Shown piece by piece: positions 1 to 11,579 of a stretch of 64,000 nt of DNA. Positions within the stretch are counted from its first letter, which is position 1; every line of letters begins with the position of its first letter. Below the pieces are notes generated by a model. It was given only the letters and a program-made list of their open reading frames with translations. It was not told the origin of the DNA and did no database searches. The translations under genes and the position numbers were made by a program. The stretch covers positions 15,341,915 through 15,405,914 of the forward strand of contig NC_068995.1 of NCBI RefSeq assembly GCF_001194135.2, in the 5' to 3' direction. This DNA is from Octopus bimaculoides. Lineage: Eukaryota.

Positions 1-213
1 TAATAAGTCCGGAACATGTCCACAGTTGTCGCCACAGCTGCCAAGTTGAGACTCACTCACTGCTGAATGCTGCTATTCGATTGTGAATCAATTTGGATTT
101 CATAATTGTCTCCCTTGTATATTTTGACAAAAGTTATCATTATTGCTAGTAATTTATTTTCATTACAGGAAATAAATTTAATTGTTTAAACATTTTTTGT
201 CTCACTACATTAA

Positions 214-388
214 TGTTGTGTCGACGCCCCCAAGCGAAGAAGTAGGCTCGACCAAGACATATAAATAGAGGTAGTCTGACCGTGGTAGCGGGTGGACTGA
301 TGGTAGACTGACTGTTGAGTAGCTGCCGAGTAGCAGTCGAGCAGAGATCATCCGAAGGTGCTAGATAGCAGTAACTTGAAACATAACA
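214..388 (+). mobile_element. Candidate solo LTR
   Basis: Starts TGTTGTG and ends CATAACA (6/7 inverted match, TG..CA). Flanked on both sides by ATTAA (209-213, 389-393). Internal TATAAATA near 260. Confidence 0.55.
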
Positions 389-739
389 ATTAATTAACTT
401 GACTCCCACTTAACTGTATGTTATTCTTGCAGAAGGTACCCCTAGGACATTTTCCCGTGTTATAGCACCTCTCCAAATCCACCCCACCAAATAAGCAGCT
501 GTCAATGCCACACTATTGTTATGAAACAACGAGGGAACCTTTACGTCATCGTCTAATCTGCTATAAATAGCAGACATATCTCCTTAAGTTCATACCCAAC
601 ATTGAATAATGTACGTATGCAAGTTAGGAAATACTTTATACAAAAACAAACCTTACAAACATAACACACAAAAGCCCTTGAAAAGTATAATTTAATAGTA
701 CCGCAACTAGACTCCTTTTACATTCTAAACAATTCACAT

Positions 740-1715
740 AAAGCACACATACCTCAAACATTTTCCTAACCTTCCTTTGACTGTCTATCAAATATCATCA
801 CAACTTCAGACAATAACGAAAATGGCAAAAACATTTAACAAGCTTCCAAAAAGTACAATTGAACTAGTTTCATTTAGAAACAAAATCAAGGTTTTTCAGA
901 ATTCGGCAACACCACAATCGGCCAACATACGAGACACTATAGTGCGTACACGCAACAAAATAATTATAGAAGTATCTAAAAACAAATAGTTGAAAGCAAC
1001 ATGAAAAAATGAAAAAAGAAAACAAAACAAGACACAACCAAAAATTACACACAAGAAATTGCCAACCTCATAAACATCAGGAACAACGTTAAACAGAATG
1101 CACCAAAACCAGACACAACGGAAACACAATTCAACATCAAACACCTAAACAAGGAAATAGCAAAAATTAATAGATAGATAAACAAACCTTAGAAAAATAG
1201 AAAATTGGCAAACGTTTGTATTGACCATAAACCATAAAACTATCAGTGAAACACTATATAAAGTGATTAGCTGTATCAGTAGCAGCAACAATAATAACGA
1301 TCTGAGCATAGTTTTGTTGCAGAAATAACCTTAAATAATAATATACCCACACTGCAATATCATATAACGCCTCCATCAATTATTTTGCAGAAATCAGACA
1401 CCAGAAATACAAATAAGATAAGGTCACTAAAACAAAAAAAATATACATCTTCTTCTCAGACCCCAATTTTGACCCCTTCTTTTCATAAAATACCCCAAAA
1501 GCATAAGACAGATCTAGAAACTAAAGACCCACTTCAACGCATCTAGATACATACAAGAATTAGGAGAGCTGCATCGTCGTTATCATAAAAACACCGCATC
1601 CTCTTCTCAGCCCTCACAGATAAGTAGAAGGAACACAATAGACAGAAATTGCTGCAACATCAATAGTTTCATTGGCCGCAGATACTGTGCTGGAATGTAC
1701 TTCGCCAGCAAAATA
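740..1715 (+). mobile_element. Decayed non-LTR retrotransposon ORF2 (I/Jockey-group-like), 5' part: EN-RT linker joined to post-RT region
   Basis: A/C-rich sense strand. Stop-interrupted frames read YTQEIANLINIRNNVKQNAPKPDTTETQFNIKHLNKEIAKINR, WQTFVLTINHKTISETLYKVI and TEIAATSIVSLAADTVLECTSP. These resemble LINE linker and C-terminal segments from memory. Confidence 0.5.
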
Positions 1716-2435
1716 GGCACTTCGTCAGTTAAGACGACAAGAGTTCCCGTTGATCCGATCAACGGAACAGCTTGCTCGTGAAATTAACGTTCAAGTGACT
1801 GAGCACTCCACAGACATGCGTACCTTATTGTAGTTCCCAGGGAGATTCAGCGTGATACAAAATGGGACAAGGCTGGTCCTTCGAATTACAGGAACTACTG
1901 ATTTTAGCCAGCTGAGTGAACTGGAACAAAGTATGTAATAAAGTATCTTGTTCAAAGACACAGCGCATCACCAGGATCGAACCTATGATCTTACGATCGT
2001 GAGCCGAATATCCCTAATCACTGTTGTTGTTGGCACTCCATCGGTTACGACGTCGAGGGTTCCAGTTGATCCGATCAACGGAACAGCCTGCTCGTGAAAT
2101 TAACGTGCAAGTGGCTGAGCACTCCACAGACACGTGCACTCTTAACGTAGTTCTCAGGGATATTCAGCGTGACACAAAGTGTGACAAGGCTGACCCTTTG
2201 AATCACAGGCACAACAGAAACAGGAAGAAAGAGTGAGAGGAAGTTGAGGTGGAAGAGTACAGCAGGGTTCACCACCATCCCCTGCCGGAGCCTCGTGGAG
2301 CTTTAGGTGTTTTCGCTCAATGAACACTCACAACGCTCGGTCTGGGAATCGAAACCGCGATCCTATGACCGTGAGTCCGCTGCCCTAACCACTGGGCCAT
2401 TGCGCCTCCACAATCACTAAGCTACGCGCTTTCAC
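1716..2435 (-). mobile_element. tRNA-derived SINE (C-type, short core), split by a nested SINE at 2023-2411
   Basis: Body 1716-2022 matches 25433-25738. The head resumes at 2412-2435 after the insert. Confidence 0.85.
2023..2411 (-). mobile_element. Full-length tRNA-derived SINE (C-type, long core)
   Basis: On the minus strand: A-box TGGCCCAGTGG and B-box-like GTTTCGATTCCC. 7-bp TSD AATCACT (2016-2022, 2412-2418). Homologous to 53311-53692. Confidence 0.9.
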
Positions 2436-2730
2436 CATCACCAACAGCAAGCTCTGCGAGTCTGCCTTGCCTGACTCTAATGTAGCCATTATCAGAATCT
2501 ATGAACGTACAAGAATAGATTAGATTGTCGAAGAGTGCAACATGTCCAGATTGTCTCGTTACTTTCCACATGATTCCTGCGCTACATGTTGGATAATGCA
2601 GTGTTGGCTTCAGTGAAATGGGAACGTGGTTAGATCTGGGGGTCGAGCCACGTTGTTTGGCTGATCCCTAGTGTTGTTAGAGGACTACAGTATTAGAGAG
2701 GGTTGATGTGTTAGTCGAGGCAATAACACC
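2436..2730 (+). mobile_element. 3' end of the same LINE, with C-terminal zinc-knuckle relic
   Basis: LRVCLA*L*CSHYQNL*TYKNRLD (about 2456-2525) then TCPDC (2540-2554), as in the RxxLAQLRSGH..CPxC..H..C end of ORF2. Followed by an (AAC)-rich tail. Confidence 0.65.
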
Positions 2731-3044
2731 AAGAACAACAAACGCAAGAACAAAAATAACAGGGGCAGCAGTAGTAGCAGCAGTAGCAGCAGCAGCAGCA
2801 ATCCAATTAACAATAAGAACAACATCAACATTAATTGCAGCAACAAGAACAATAGCAGCAGTAGCAGTATCATCATCATCATCGTCATCATCATCGTCAT
2901 CGTCGTCATCATCATCATCGTCGTCATCATCATCATCATCATCATCATCGTCATCGTCGTCATCATCACCACCATCATCGTCATCATCATCATCATCATC
3001 ATCATCATCACCATCATCGTCATCATCATCGTCATCGTCGTCAT

Positions 3045-3085
<41 letters not shown>

Positions 3086-3305
3086 GAAGCAGCAGTCTTC
3101 CAGCAACGCCAACTATGGCTTCAGACAAAGTAACATAAATATCATTAAAGCAACAACAGCAACAACAACAACAGCAACAGCAGCAGCAACAACAACAACA
3201 ACAACTGCAGTAGCAGCAGAAACATCTACAAGAACAACAACAACAGCAACAAGCTACAATAACAACAACGAAAACGTCAACAAGAATAACGGGCAATAAA
3301 AGCAG
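2730..3305. repeat. Compound trinucleotide array (AAC/GCA/GTA/TCA)
   Basis: Directly visible. Explains ORFs 2685..3308 and 2708..3133. Confidence 0.95.
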
Positions 3306-3744
3306 CATCAGGATAATACTTAATGAATGCGTTAATTAAAACATGTGAAACCGTTAATGGCTACTGATTGCAAAAAAAAAACAAAAAAAAACGAAAAGGT
3401 ATTCTCCATGGTATTCGCTTTAATAATGCCGAAGAAAAAATAGAATACCCAAACCTTAGAATAATGGCACTAATGATAAATAATTGCTATCACATCATGA
3501 GTATTCCTGATTTCCTATCATTAAAGGGACAAAAGAATAGACAAGCCATTCAAGGGGAAACGCTTCTCTCTCTCTCTCTTTCTCGCTCTCGTCTGTTTTG
3601 AATTCCGTATAGTTTACAATTATAGAAATATAAGTCATTTATCTATGTTGTATATATCTAGGTGTTTATACATGGCGGACAGAAGATCTGGACGTGTATC
3701 GCAATACATACAATGCATGTCTTTTGAATTCCGATAGCATGTAA

Positions 3745-4085
3745 TGTGTGACCCTGTGTGTGTGTGTGTCTGTGTGTTTGCATGTGTGTTTGCGTGTGTT
3801 TGCGCGTGTGTATATTTATATGTATGTGAACGTATGTATGTATATGGTTATACATTGTGTACGTATGGAGTGTGTGTGTCTGTCTGTCTGTCTGTGTATG
3901 TATGTATGTACGTATGTTTATATGTTTGTATATATGTATGCATGCATGCATGCACGTATGTATGTGTGTGTGAGTGTGTCTATGTGTATGTACTTCTACG
4001 TATGTGTGTATGTATGCATGTATGTATATGTATGATGTATGTATGGAAGCATGTATGTATATGTATGTATAAATAAGGTATGTAT
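3745..4085. repeat. Degenerate (TG)/(TATG) microsatellite
   Basis: Directly visible. Confidence 0.9.
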
Positions 4086-4246
4086 GTTTTCTTCGAGATT
4101 CATAAGTTCTGCTTCCAATTCAAACCAGTTACCAATAAAATGACAAATGTCTTTTGTTTGAGTCAAAGCCAATTCCAGAGACTCGTAAATATCAGGAGGA
4201 TATGTATGTATGTATCTGTGTGTGTGTGTGTGTGTGTGTGTGTATA

Positions 4247-4430
4247 GGCTCGTGGCTTAGTGGCTAGGGGTGCTGGACTCATGATTGTAAGATTGTGATT
4301 TCGATTCCTTGACAGGGCGATCCGTTGTGTCCTTAAACCAAAAACTTTATCTCATGTTGCTCCAAACCACTAAGCTGGTCAAAATGAGTAATCCTGCAAT
4401 GGACTGGCGTTCCGTCATTGGAAGGAATAT
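4247..4430 (+). mobile_element. SINE C-type, head and core
   Basis: TGGCTTAGTGG A-box, ATTTCGATTCC B-box-like, core similar to 6929-7105. Confidence 0.75.
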
Positions 4431-4489
4431 ATACGCACTCATACATAGTCACACATTTGGTTTTATATAACCAAGAAAGACAAACTCTA

Positions 4490-4975
4490 TGACATACTCT
4501 TCTTTAAATCCTCCACTGTGACAATATCTTTGTTAGGTGACACAGTCTTACATGTTGCACCCTATACTTTCGTGTCCGCTTTGTAAATGATTCGTTTAAC
4601 TGTTTAGAGGATATTTTCTGATTATAAAGACCGTGGATATTAGGATTATGTTGTCAGCATATCTTATATACGAATGAAAAACTCTTCAGTGACGGCCAAG
4701 CTTTAGTATGGTTTGTGTTATCTCATGGCCAATCGCAAGAAGGTTTTATTGAAAAAAGTGAATGACAGGACGTGACCTTGTCCCAGGCCAATGCAGAATT
4801 CACATCAATCCATCAGCTAACTGAGGTATACCTGGTATTGTCGTAGAGCGCCATAATAGTACGTGCAATCTTGAGATCCATAATATTGCTGTCAACAACT
4901 GCTAAAGAGCCTTCCTCTAGCTCTTGTTAAAGCAGTTTTAACATTAATGACGTCGAAGTATAAAGGCACGAGGTT
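4490..4975 (-). mobile_element. RTE-like LINE reverse-transcriptase fragment (pseudogenised)
   Basis: Minus-strand frames: NLVPLYFDVINVKTALTRARGRLF (cf. DFxKAFDSIHRGKL), KIARTIMALYDNT, GQGHVLS (cf. QGDxLxP), YADN at 4650-4661 (cf. YADD). Confidence 0.75.
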
Positions 4976-5339
4976 TACATACACATACACAAACACACAC
5001 ACACACACATACACACACACACACACATACACACACATGTACGCATATGTAGGTGTATATTTGTGTACAAACAAACATACTTCATTAGTACATTGTTTAC
5101 TCCATGTTCTTTCAGACGTAAAATAAGGTAACAACAATTAACTCGTACAAAGTATATTAGATTACGTTAGATTTGAAACGCAACGTTGAAATGAAAACAG
5201 TTTAACGACCGCACGGTTCATAATAGATCGTTGTAAAATATAAAATTACTGAATGCTATTTCGTTACTGTCACTTGGCACCTTAATAATAATAGCAACAA
5301 CAATAATATTATTGTGATGATGATAATAATAATAACGAG

Positions 5340-5765
5340 AAGGCTTTATGAAATATCAACAGAAAATGGAGAGATATATACAGGAACCAGAAAATTTCTC
5401 TCAAAATGATTAATTTGGTATATGTTTAGCTGCACATATACGGTAATGAAGGCTTATCTATCGGATATTGTTGTCAAAGACTATAAAGAAAAAAAAAAGA
5501 CGTGCCTTCTAGTCGAAGCATCCATCCCATGAGACAATATAGAAATATTAAGATCTGGAAATAGAGATAATCAGAATGTGGGGATTAAAAGCATAAACAA
5601 TCCCTGAAATAATAGGTGTTTTGGGATTGATTAAACTATATGCACCCCCCCCCCACACACACATACAGAGCCAAAACTTCTCTTACAACATACAGAAAAT
5701 AGCTTTGGCATTATTAAGCACTGCACATAAATTGCGTAGAATATTATTAATGCAATAGAAATCAT
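5340..5765 (+). mobile_element. R4/Dong-type LINE, restriction-like endonuclease (REL) C-terminal fragment
   Basis: SDIVVKDYKEKK..CLLVEASIP (cf. PD..D/E motif) at about 5461-5530. IQKIALALLSTAHKLRRIL at about 5690-5746. Confidence 0.8.
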
Positions 5766-6006
5766 GAAACCAAACAAGACCCAGTCAAACATCATGTGTG
5801 CCTAAGGATCGCAGAAATGCACTCAGTAGTACAGTGAATGCACGCAGTACAAGTAAGATTATTGGAGGTAACGCCATGGTAAAAGCCTTGTATTGTGTCT
5901 TGGGAATGATTAAGACGTATAAAAACAAAACATTGAACGTATCAAAGATCCTCGGAGCTGTACACGATTATTTAGTGAAAACATGCAATGGTAATAATAA
6001 TAATAA

Positions 6007-6120
6007 TATACAGTAACCGTAAGAGCATCACAGCAAACCACAGCACATACCCAAGGCACACAGAGCTGCGCTCGGTAGTGAAGTGAAAGCACGTTATAAA
6101 AATAAAACTACTGAATAATA
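6007..6120 (+). mobile_element. 5'-truncated 3' stub of a TAA-associated LINE (probably R4/Dong-type)
   Basis: Embedded in (TAA)n on both sides. 6021-6120 is 98/100 identical to the reverse complement of 61921-62020. Confidence 0.7.
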
Positions 6121-6147
6121 GTAATAATAATGATAATAATAATAATC

Positions 6148-6178
<31 letters not shown>

Positions 6179-6241
6179 TGATAATAATAATAAGAAGAAA
6201 AATAAGAATAAGAATAACAATAATAATAATAAATTCTGGTT

Positions 6242-6450
6242 AATGGTTTCAAATTTTGCCATAAGGGAAGCAATTTTAGATGAGTCGATTTCACAGACTT
6301 CAGTGTTCAACTGGTACTTATTTTATCGACCCCGAAAGGATAAAAGGTAAAGTCGACCTCGGCGGAATTTGAACTCAGAATGTAAAGACAGACGAAATGT
6401 CGCTAAGCATTTTGCCCGGTGGGCTATCGATTCTGCCAGCTCACCGCCTT
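6242..6450 (-). mobile_element. SINE B
   Basis: Reverse complement of the AAGGCGGTGAGCTGGCAGAA..GAGTTCAAATTCCGCCGAGGTCGAC motif set. A second partial copy lies at 6465-6601. Confidence 0.85.
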
Positions 6451-6599
6451 AAATAATAATAATGATTTCAAATTTTGGTACAAGGCCTGTAATTTCGGGG
6501 GTAAGCCGATGAAATCGGCCCCAGTGCTCAACTGGCATTTATTTTGTCGACTCCGAAAGGATGAAAGGCAAAGTTGACCTCGGCGGAATTTGAACTCAG

Positions 6600-6905
6600 A
6601 ACGGGAAGTATTTTATAGAGGCAGTACGTTAATAAATCAAACAGAGTTAACTGCATAAGCCAAGGTAATAGGAATCAACACTATAACTCTTCTAGTAATA
6701 TGTTATATTATTTTCATCTGTACACTAAAGATATTAACAAGACTTGACAGAGAAGCAAGAGAAATAATTACTGCTTATTAGAATTCTCTACTCGTTATCT
6801 AACAGAGAAAGATTAAATTTTTCACGAGTATAGACAGGTAGGGGCCTTATGCAATTGGAAAATTACAAAATATCCTCTGTAGAACTACAAAAATATCTAG
6901 TAATG
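6600..6905 (+). mobile_element. R4/Dong-type LINE, post-RT (thumb) fragment
   Basis: Frameshifted: QTELTA*AKVIGINT, LTRLDREAREIITAY, NRERL, GRGLMQLENY, VELQKYL (cf. ELNAKNK..INT..LD.KTRK..GRGL.QLE). Confidence 0.7.
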
Positions 6906-6928
6906 TAAAATAGTAAATTAAGTTGTGT

Positions 6929-7105
6929 AGGCGCATGGCTTAGTGGTTAGGGTGTTGTGGTTTCGATTTCTGAACTGGGCGATGCGTTGTTCTTGAGCCA
7001 AACGCTTCATATCACTGTGCTCCAGGCCACTCAACTGGTAAAAATGAGTAAGCCTGCGACGGACCGGCGTTTTGTCCAGGGAGGAAAATATAAGCCTCAG
7101 TAAAA
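6929..7105 (+). mobile_element. SINE C-type, head and core
   Basis: GGCGCATGGCTTAGTGGTTAGGG head, then GTTTCGATT and core. Confidence 0.75.
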
Positions 7106-7291
7106 ACCAAGAAATCAGCTTTACGTTCCTTACGGAGTAATGTAGGCAAAAAAATAAAGGAAAACAAAAAGTTACAAAATAAGCAAAAAGAAAAACCTGT
7201 TTTCTGCTTTCAAGGAAGCCAGCAAATACAGAAAAGAGAGGCTGGTAGGCTTAATAGTTTTGAGAATAAAGGGAAGACAACAATAGCAATT

Positions 7292-7452
7292 CTTTTCTAC
7301 TCTAGACACAAGGCTCAAAACTTTTAATCGACCCCGAAATGATAAAAGGCAAAGTCGACATCGGCGGAATTTGATCTCAGAACGTAGCGGCAGACGAAAT
7401 ACCGTTAAGCATTTCGCCCGGCGTGCTAACGTTTCTGCCAGCTCGCCGCCTT
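7292..7452 (-). mobile_element. SINE B (internally deleted)
   Basis: Close match to 22203-22330 in reverse complement. Confidence 0.85.
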
Positions 7453-7599
7453 CGTAGAACGAATAATTGAATCTGAAGGATTCTTGCTTGCGACACAGAC
7501 CCAGAGAAACCACCAAGAACATGTAATGAAGCAGAGTACATTAACGTAACTGCAGAGTATACGATGCCGCCAGTTGCCCAAGCTCGGCAAGAAAGAGTG

Positions 7600-10070
7600 T
7601 ATATTTACAAGAATGACATCGTTTTCGAATAGGTTGGTGAAACAATTCTTCGTTCTAAAATATCAACTTCAACTCTTATTTTTCAATGACTTATGCGGTC
7701 TTTCAACAAAAGAAACAATAGCCCTCTTATTAAAAATTCCTTTAAATATGCCAGATAAAATATTATCATCCAAACCAATATTATTAATAAATACCAATCC
7801 TGGTAACGCACCAACATGTAGTATTTGAAATTCCTTCGTAAATCATGTCATTTGCAAGGTCTCATTTGTTTCTTATCCCATGGTGGCTTTAGCGCTGCTA
7901 AACATTGACTTGGCGATATGCCCTTCTTTGTCGGTCTATTTCTGCGAAAATGATAATTCGCCAGTTCCTAAATAAGATTTAACTCGGTTGATCACAATTT
8001 TTGTCAATTCTAACATATTTATATTTTCTACTATGACATGTCGACTTTTGACAGTTTTAGCATTAATGCCCGCATCATTTTGATAAAAAATCTTTATCAA
8101 TGACATTTCGAAGAATACGTTCTATTACACTCTGAAATAATGTTTGGTTATTTTAATTCCATATGAAAGATATATATTTTAAAACAGTAACAACGACAAC
8201 AAAATATTGGTGTATTTATCGTATTAACTTCTTATGCTTCAGAACATAATTTCTATCTGATATATTCCTTTTAAATCCAATTTAGCAAAATAATTCACAC
8301 CAGAATGCGAATAACATATCGATTCAGTATTTGGAATTGGATAAAAATCTAAACAAATTCTTTCATGTCCATCTACTTTAGAGTTTTCACATATTCTGAG
8401 ATTTCCATCTAGCTTTGGCACAGCCACTAAAAGAGAGACCCATTTACTTCCCTCCGGGAAGAGATTCGTTTCAAAGGCCTTCATTACTTTATTTGCATTT
8501 TATTTTTGCAGCTTCTTTGTGACTAATAGTTTAATGTGTATTGGTAATAGTATCGCCTCAAAATAGCATGACCTGATATTTCCTTTCAGAAGAATGTTAG
8601 CCTTAAAACCTCTCAATGTCCCAATTGCCCTGAATCTTATACCTCATGCATTTATGTTGAACTATGAACATTCGACACGTTTATACCAGGCAAGCCAACA
8701 TTTTTCTTTTTACATTCAGTAACAATGACATCCACAAAACAAATTCTATGCTTTTATCATTTTCCATTAATGCATCAAACTTCCCCCAAATTCCAAAGAG
8801 TGATCCATAAAATAGTTTCGCTTTGATGTTACACTTTCTTAATTTTGGTTTGTTCAAATCAGTCCCAAACTTCCGTTATGGTTACTTTGATTGTCAATAT
8901 CATCTTGCCTCTTAATGTTAACATTGCTGAGTTTTACTTTGATCTTTGCGGTATGTTTTAAACAAATTTCATAAATATTTGCAGAATCTTCATTATCATT
9001 TTTTTCCCGTTTCCTAAGGCGGTGAACTGGCAGAATCATTAGCCCATCGGACGAAATGTCGCTCGGCATTTCTTTCGGGAAGTTACGTTCTGAGTTCAAA
9101 TTACGTCAACTTTGCTTTTCATCCTTTCGAAGGTTGATAAAATAAGTACCAGTTGAATTCTGGAGTCGATGTAATCGACTTACCCCCCCACCAAAAACAT
9201 GTTTGAAAATTACAAAGAATTTTTTTCAGTTTTCTTTCGTAGATTTAGATGCTTCCTGAAAGTAACTCTTATTTTTCACCTTAAAACATTTTACCAGATG
9301 CAGAACATTTCGACGGGGCTATCTTATATCCACAAAACAACATTCATAACCATATTTATACACGTGTTTAACAACGCATTACACAAAAGCATCACCAAAA
9401 TCCTCATTTCTTTTGTTTTTTTTTTTGTTTATTCTCAGTTATCTATAAATTAAAAAAATCGTTTCAATCTTTTGAATGACCTCAATGAATGCATTAAACT
9501 TCGGATATCACCCGACCGAGGATACTTTTAATATCTTTATACAATGCTAAGACGACTGCAACACACCGGCTATAAATCTCATTTGAATTATCTCGTTTTC
9601 TGCACTCTGCCCTTGTGTTTCAATCAATTCTTTTTCTTAAATTCACAAAAACGAGCTGACTTACGCAATTTATGAGAACAATTGATTGAATCGATTCCGT
9701 TAGATTTTGATGCTGTGATTAGAATCTGACCCTTTCATCAATTATCAATTTCTTTCAGAGACGAACCAATGACATTATCGCAAATCTTGCATTGCTAAAA
9801 TGAATTTCCTCAAGTTCCAAAGGTTTCTCCATTACGCAAACTTTTCATTGATAAAAACAAATCTGTTTAGCGTTCAGAAGCTTTCTCCGTTCGTATATCA
9901 GCAAAAACATCGCAACTTGTGTCATATCTGGATTGAAGTTCATTATTATTGATTGGCAATACCATTATCATATCGAATAGTGTTTATCCATGCAAGACCG
10001 CAGTCGCACGCGTTCATTTTACGTTGGTAAACTTTGTTCAACAGAATTAGTTAACCTCTGACATTGAAAT
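7600..10070 (-). mobile_element. Ty3/Gypsy LTR-retrotransposon relic (gag, protease, RT)
   Basis: ORF 8239..8484 SKWVSLLVAVPKLDGNLRIC..FYPIP..YFAKLDLK is Gypsy RT (cf. WASPIVVVPK.DG.LRIC..YP.P..FAKLDL). Gag-like HKLRKSARFCEF and EIIQMRFIAG at about 9565-9675. Protease-like VKLSNVNIK at about 8900-8945. YQND and KSYLG relics at about 7970-8095. Domain order is consistent on the minus strand. Confidence 0.75.
9014..9195 (+). mobile_element. SINE B inserted in the Gypsy relic
   Basis: AAGGCGGTGAACTGGCAGAATC head, GAGTTCAAAT B-box. Confidence 0.8.
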
Positions 10071-10344
10071 GGCAGCTATTGTAACAAGTCATTAACAGCA
10101 TGTAAGAAGTACGTGCGATGTCACTGATATTAGCGTAACAATGACAACACACAGGCAATACATAACCCAAGCCTCAGGGCTTATAAATATGCACAAATTA
10201 CAGTAAATAACACTACAAGGTACTACACTCGGTCAACATAAACTATGAAACAAAACAAACCGCTATATGTACCCAAGGTTCATATAACTGTACTCAGTAA
10301 TACGGTGAAAGTACACAGTACCTTCTGTTTTAGGCAAAAGGCCG

Positions 10345-10503
10345 ACAGGCAAGTCGATACCATCGACTCAAGTGGCACTTTATTTTATCGAACCTGAAAG
10401 GAGAGGAAAGTTGATTTCGCAGGATTTGAACGTAAAGAGTTTAGAGAACAAATACTACAAAACATTTTTTCGACGCGTTAACGGTTCTGCCAGCTTGTCG
10501 CCT
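10345..10503 (-). mobile_element. SINE B, degenerate
   Basis: Similarity to the other B copies. Confidence 0.6.
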
Positions 10504-11007
10504 GACGTGTTATTCTGCCTCAAGCCTAAGTGAAGGCTCCACGTGGTAATTCAACTTGCTAGAAATAGTAGTAATATCCACTTCATACCAAACAATAAGT
10601 CTCAGAAATGAGAAAAAGACATTAAACACTGTGTAGTACAATATTACACCATGTCAATAAAAAAGCGTTTTTGATCAAAGGTTTCTTCGGTTAAGGTTGA
10701 CTTGGGATTTATTCCCCGCTAGTATATTATTGGTCGCCCCATTTGCTTGAAATAACAGCTAAATTTCTTTCAGATCACAGCTTACTGCAACGATTTCCAT
10801 ACCAACAGGCCTTTTTATTATAATGAAATTTTTCATGGAGTTCAGGTTTTTGGAAGGCTTGACTACGAAACATGACGATTTCATTAACTAGCATCACACT
10901 CGTTTTCCCAGTTTCATCTCTTAATGGAAAGCCATATGTAAGGGAATAATTACATATAACTAATTAATAATAAATTTTAAACAGTATCCTTTAAAGTTGT
11001 ATACATA

Positions 11008-11437
11008 TAGGCGCAGGCGTGGCTGCAAGATAAGAAACTTACTTCGCAACCACATGGTTTCATGTTCAGTCCCATTGCGTGGCACTTTGGGCAAGTGTCT
11101 TCTATAATAGCTTCGGACCTAATAAACCCATCCTTGCGAGGGAATTTGGTAGACGGAAACTGAAAGAAGCCCGTCGTATATATATGCATATGTATATTGT
11201 ATATATCTATGTGTGTGTCTTTGTGTCTGTGTTTGTCCCCCACCACTGCTTGACAACCGGTATTGGTGTGCTTACGCCCCAGTAACCTAGTGGTTCGGCA
11301 AAAGAGTGACCGATAGAATAAGTACCAGGCCTAAAATAAATAAGTCCTGGTGCTGATTTGTTCGGCTAAAATCCTTCTAGGCGGTACCCCAGCATGGCCG
11401 TAGTCATATGACTGAAATAAGTAAAACAAAAAAGATA
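11008..11437 (+). mobile_element. SINE A, full length with central microsatellite
   Basis: tRNA-like head, GTTCAGTCCC B-box, GGTAGACGGAAACTGAAAGAAGCCCGTCG, central (TA)/(TG), tail CCAGCATGGCCG..GACTGAAA. Confidence 0.9.
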
Positions 11438-11579
11438 TATAGTTTACGGTCCCCAGTATCCTTTTATGGATCTCCAGGGATCTTCTGGTCCGAAATGAGA
11501 ATCACTGCCCTACCATATTCTGTTTTCTTTGAGAGAAAGAAAAAAAGATCCCCATAAAACGAGCAAAGACGAATTAGTA

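Noticed and set aside
2330-2411. tRNA genes (here and at other SINE heads)
   Set aside because: A and B boxes are present but continue into SINE bodies, with no complete cloverleaf or acceptor stem; they are tRNA-derived SINE heads.
2685-3308. Poly-S, poly-M, poly-C ORFs
   Set aside because: Trinucleotide array open in several frames on both strands; no splice or domain support.
7500-7570. 3' LTR of the Gypsy relic
   Set aside because: Only scattered short matches to 10080-10217; not alignable.
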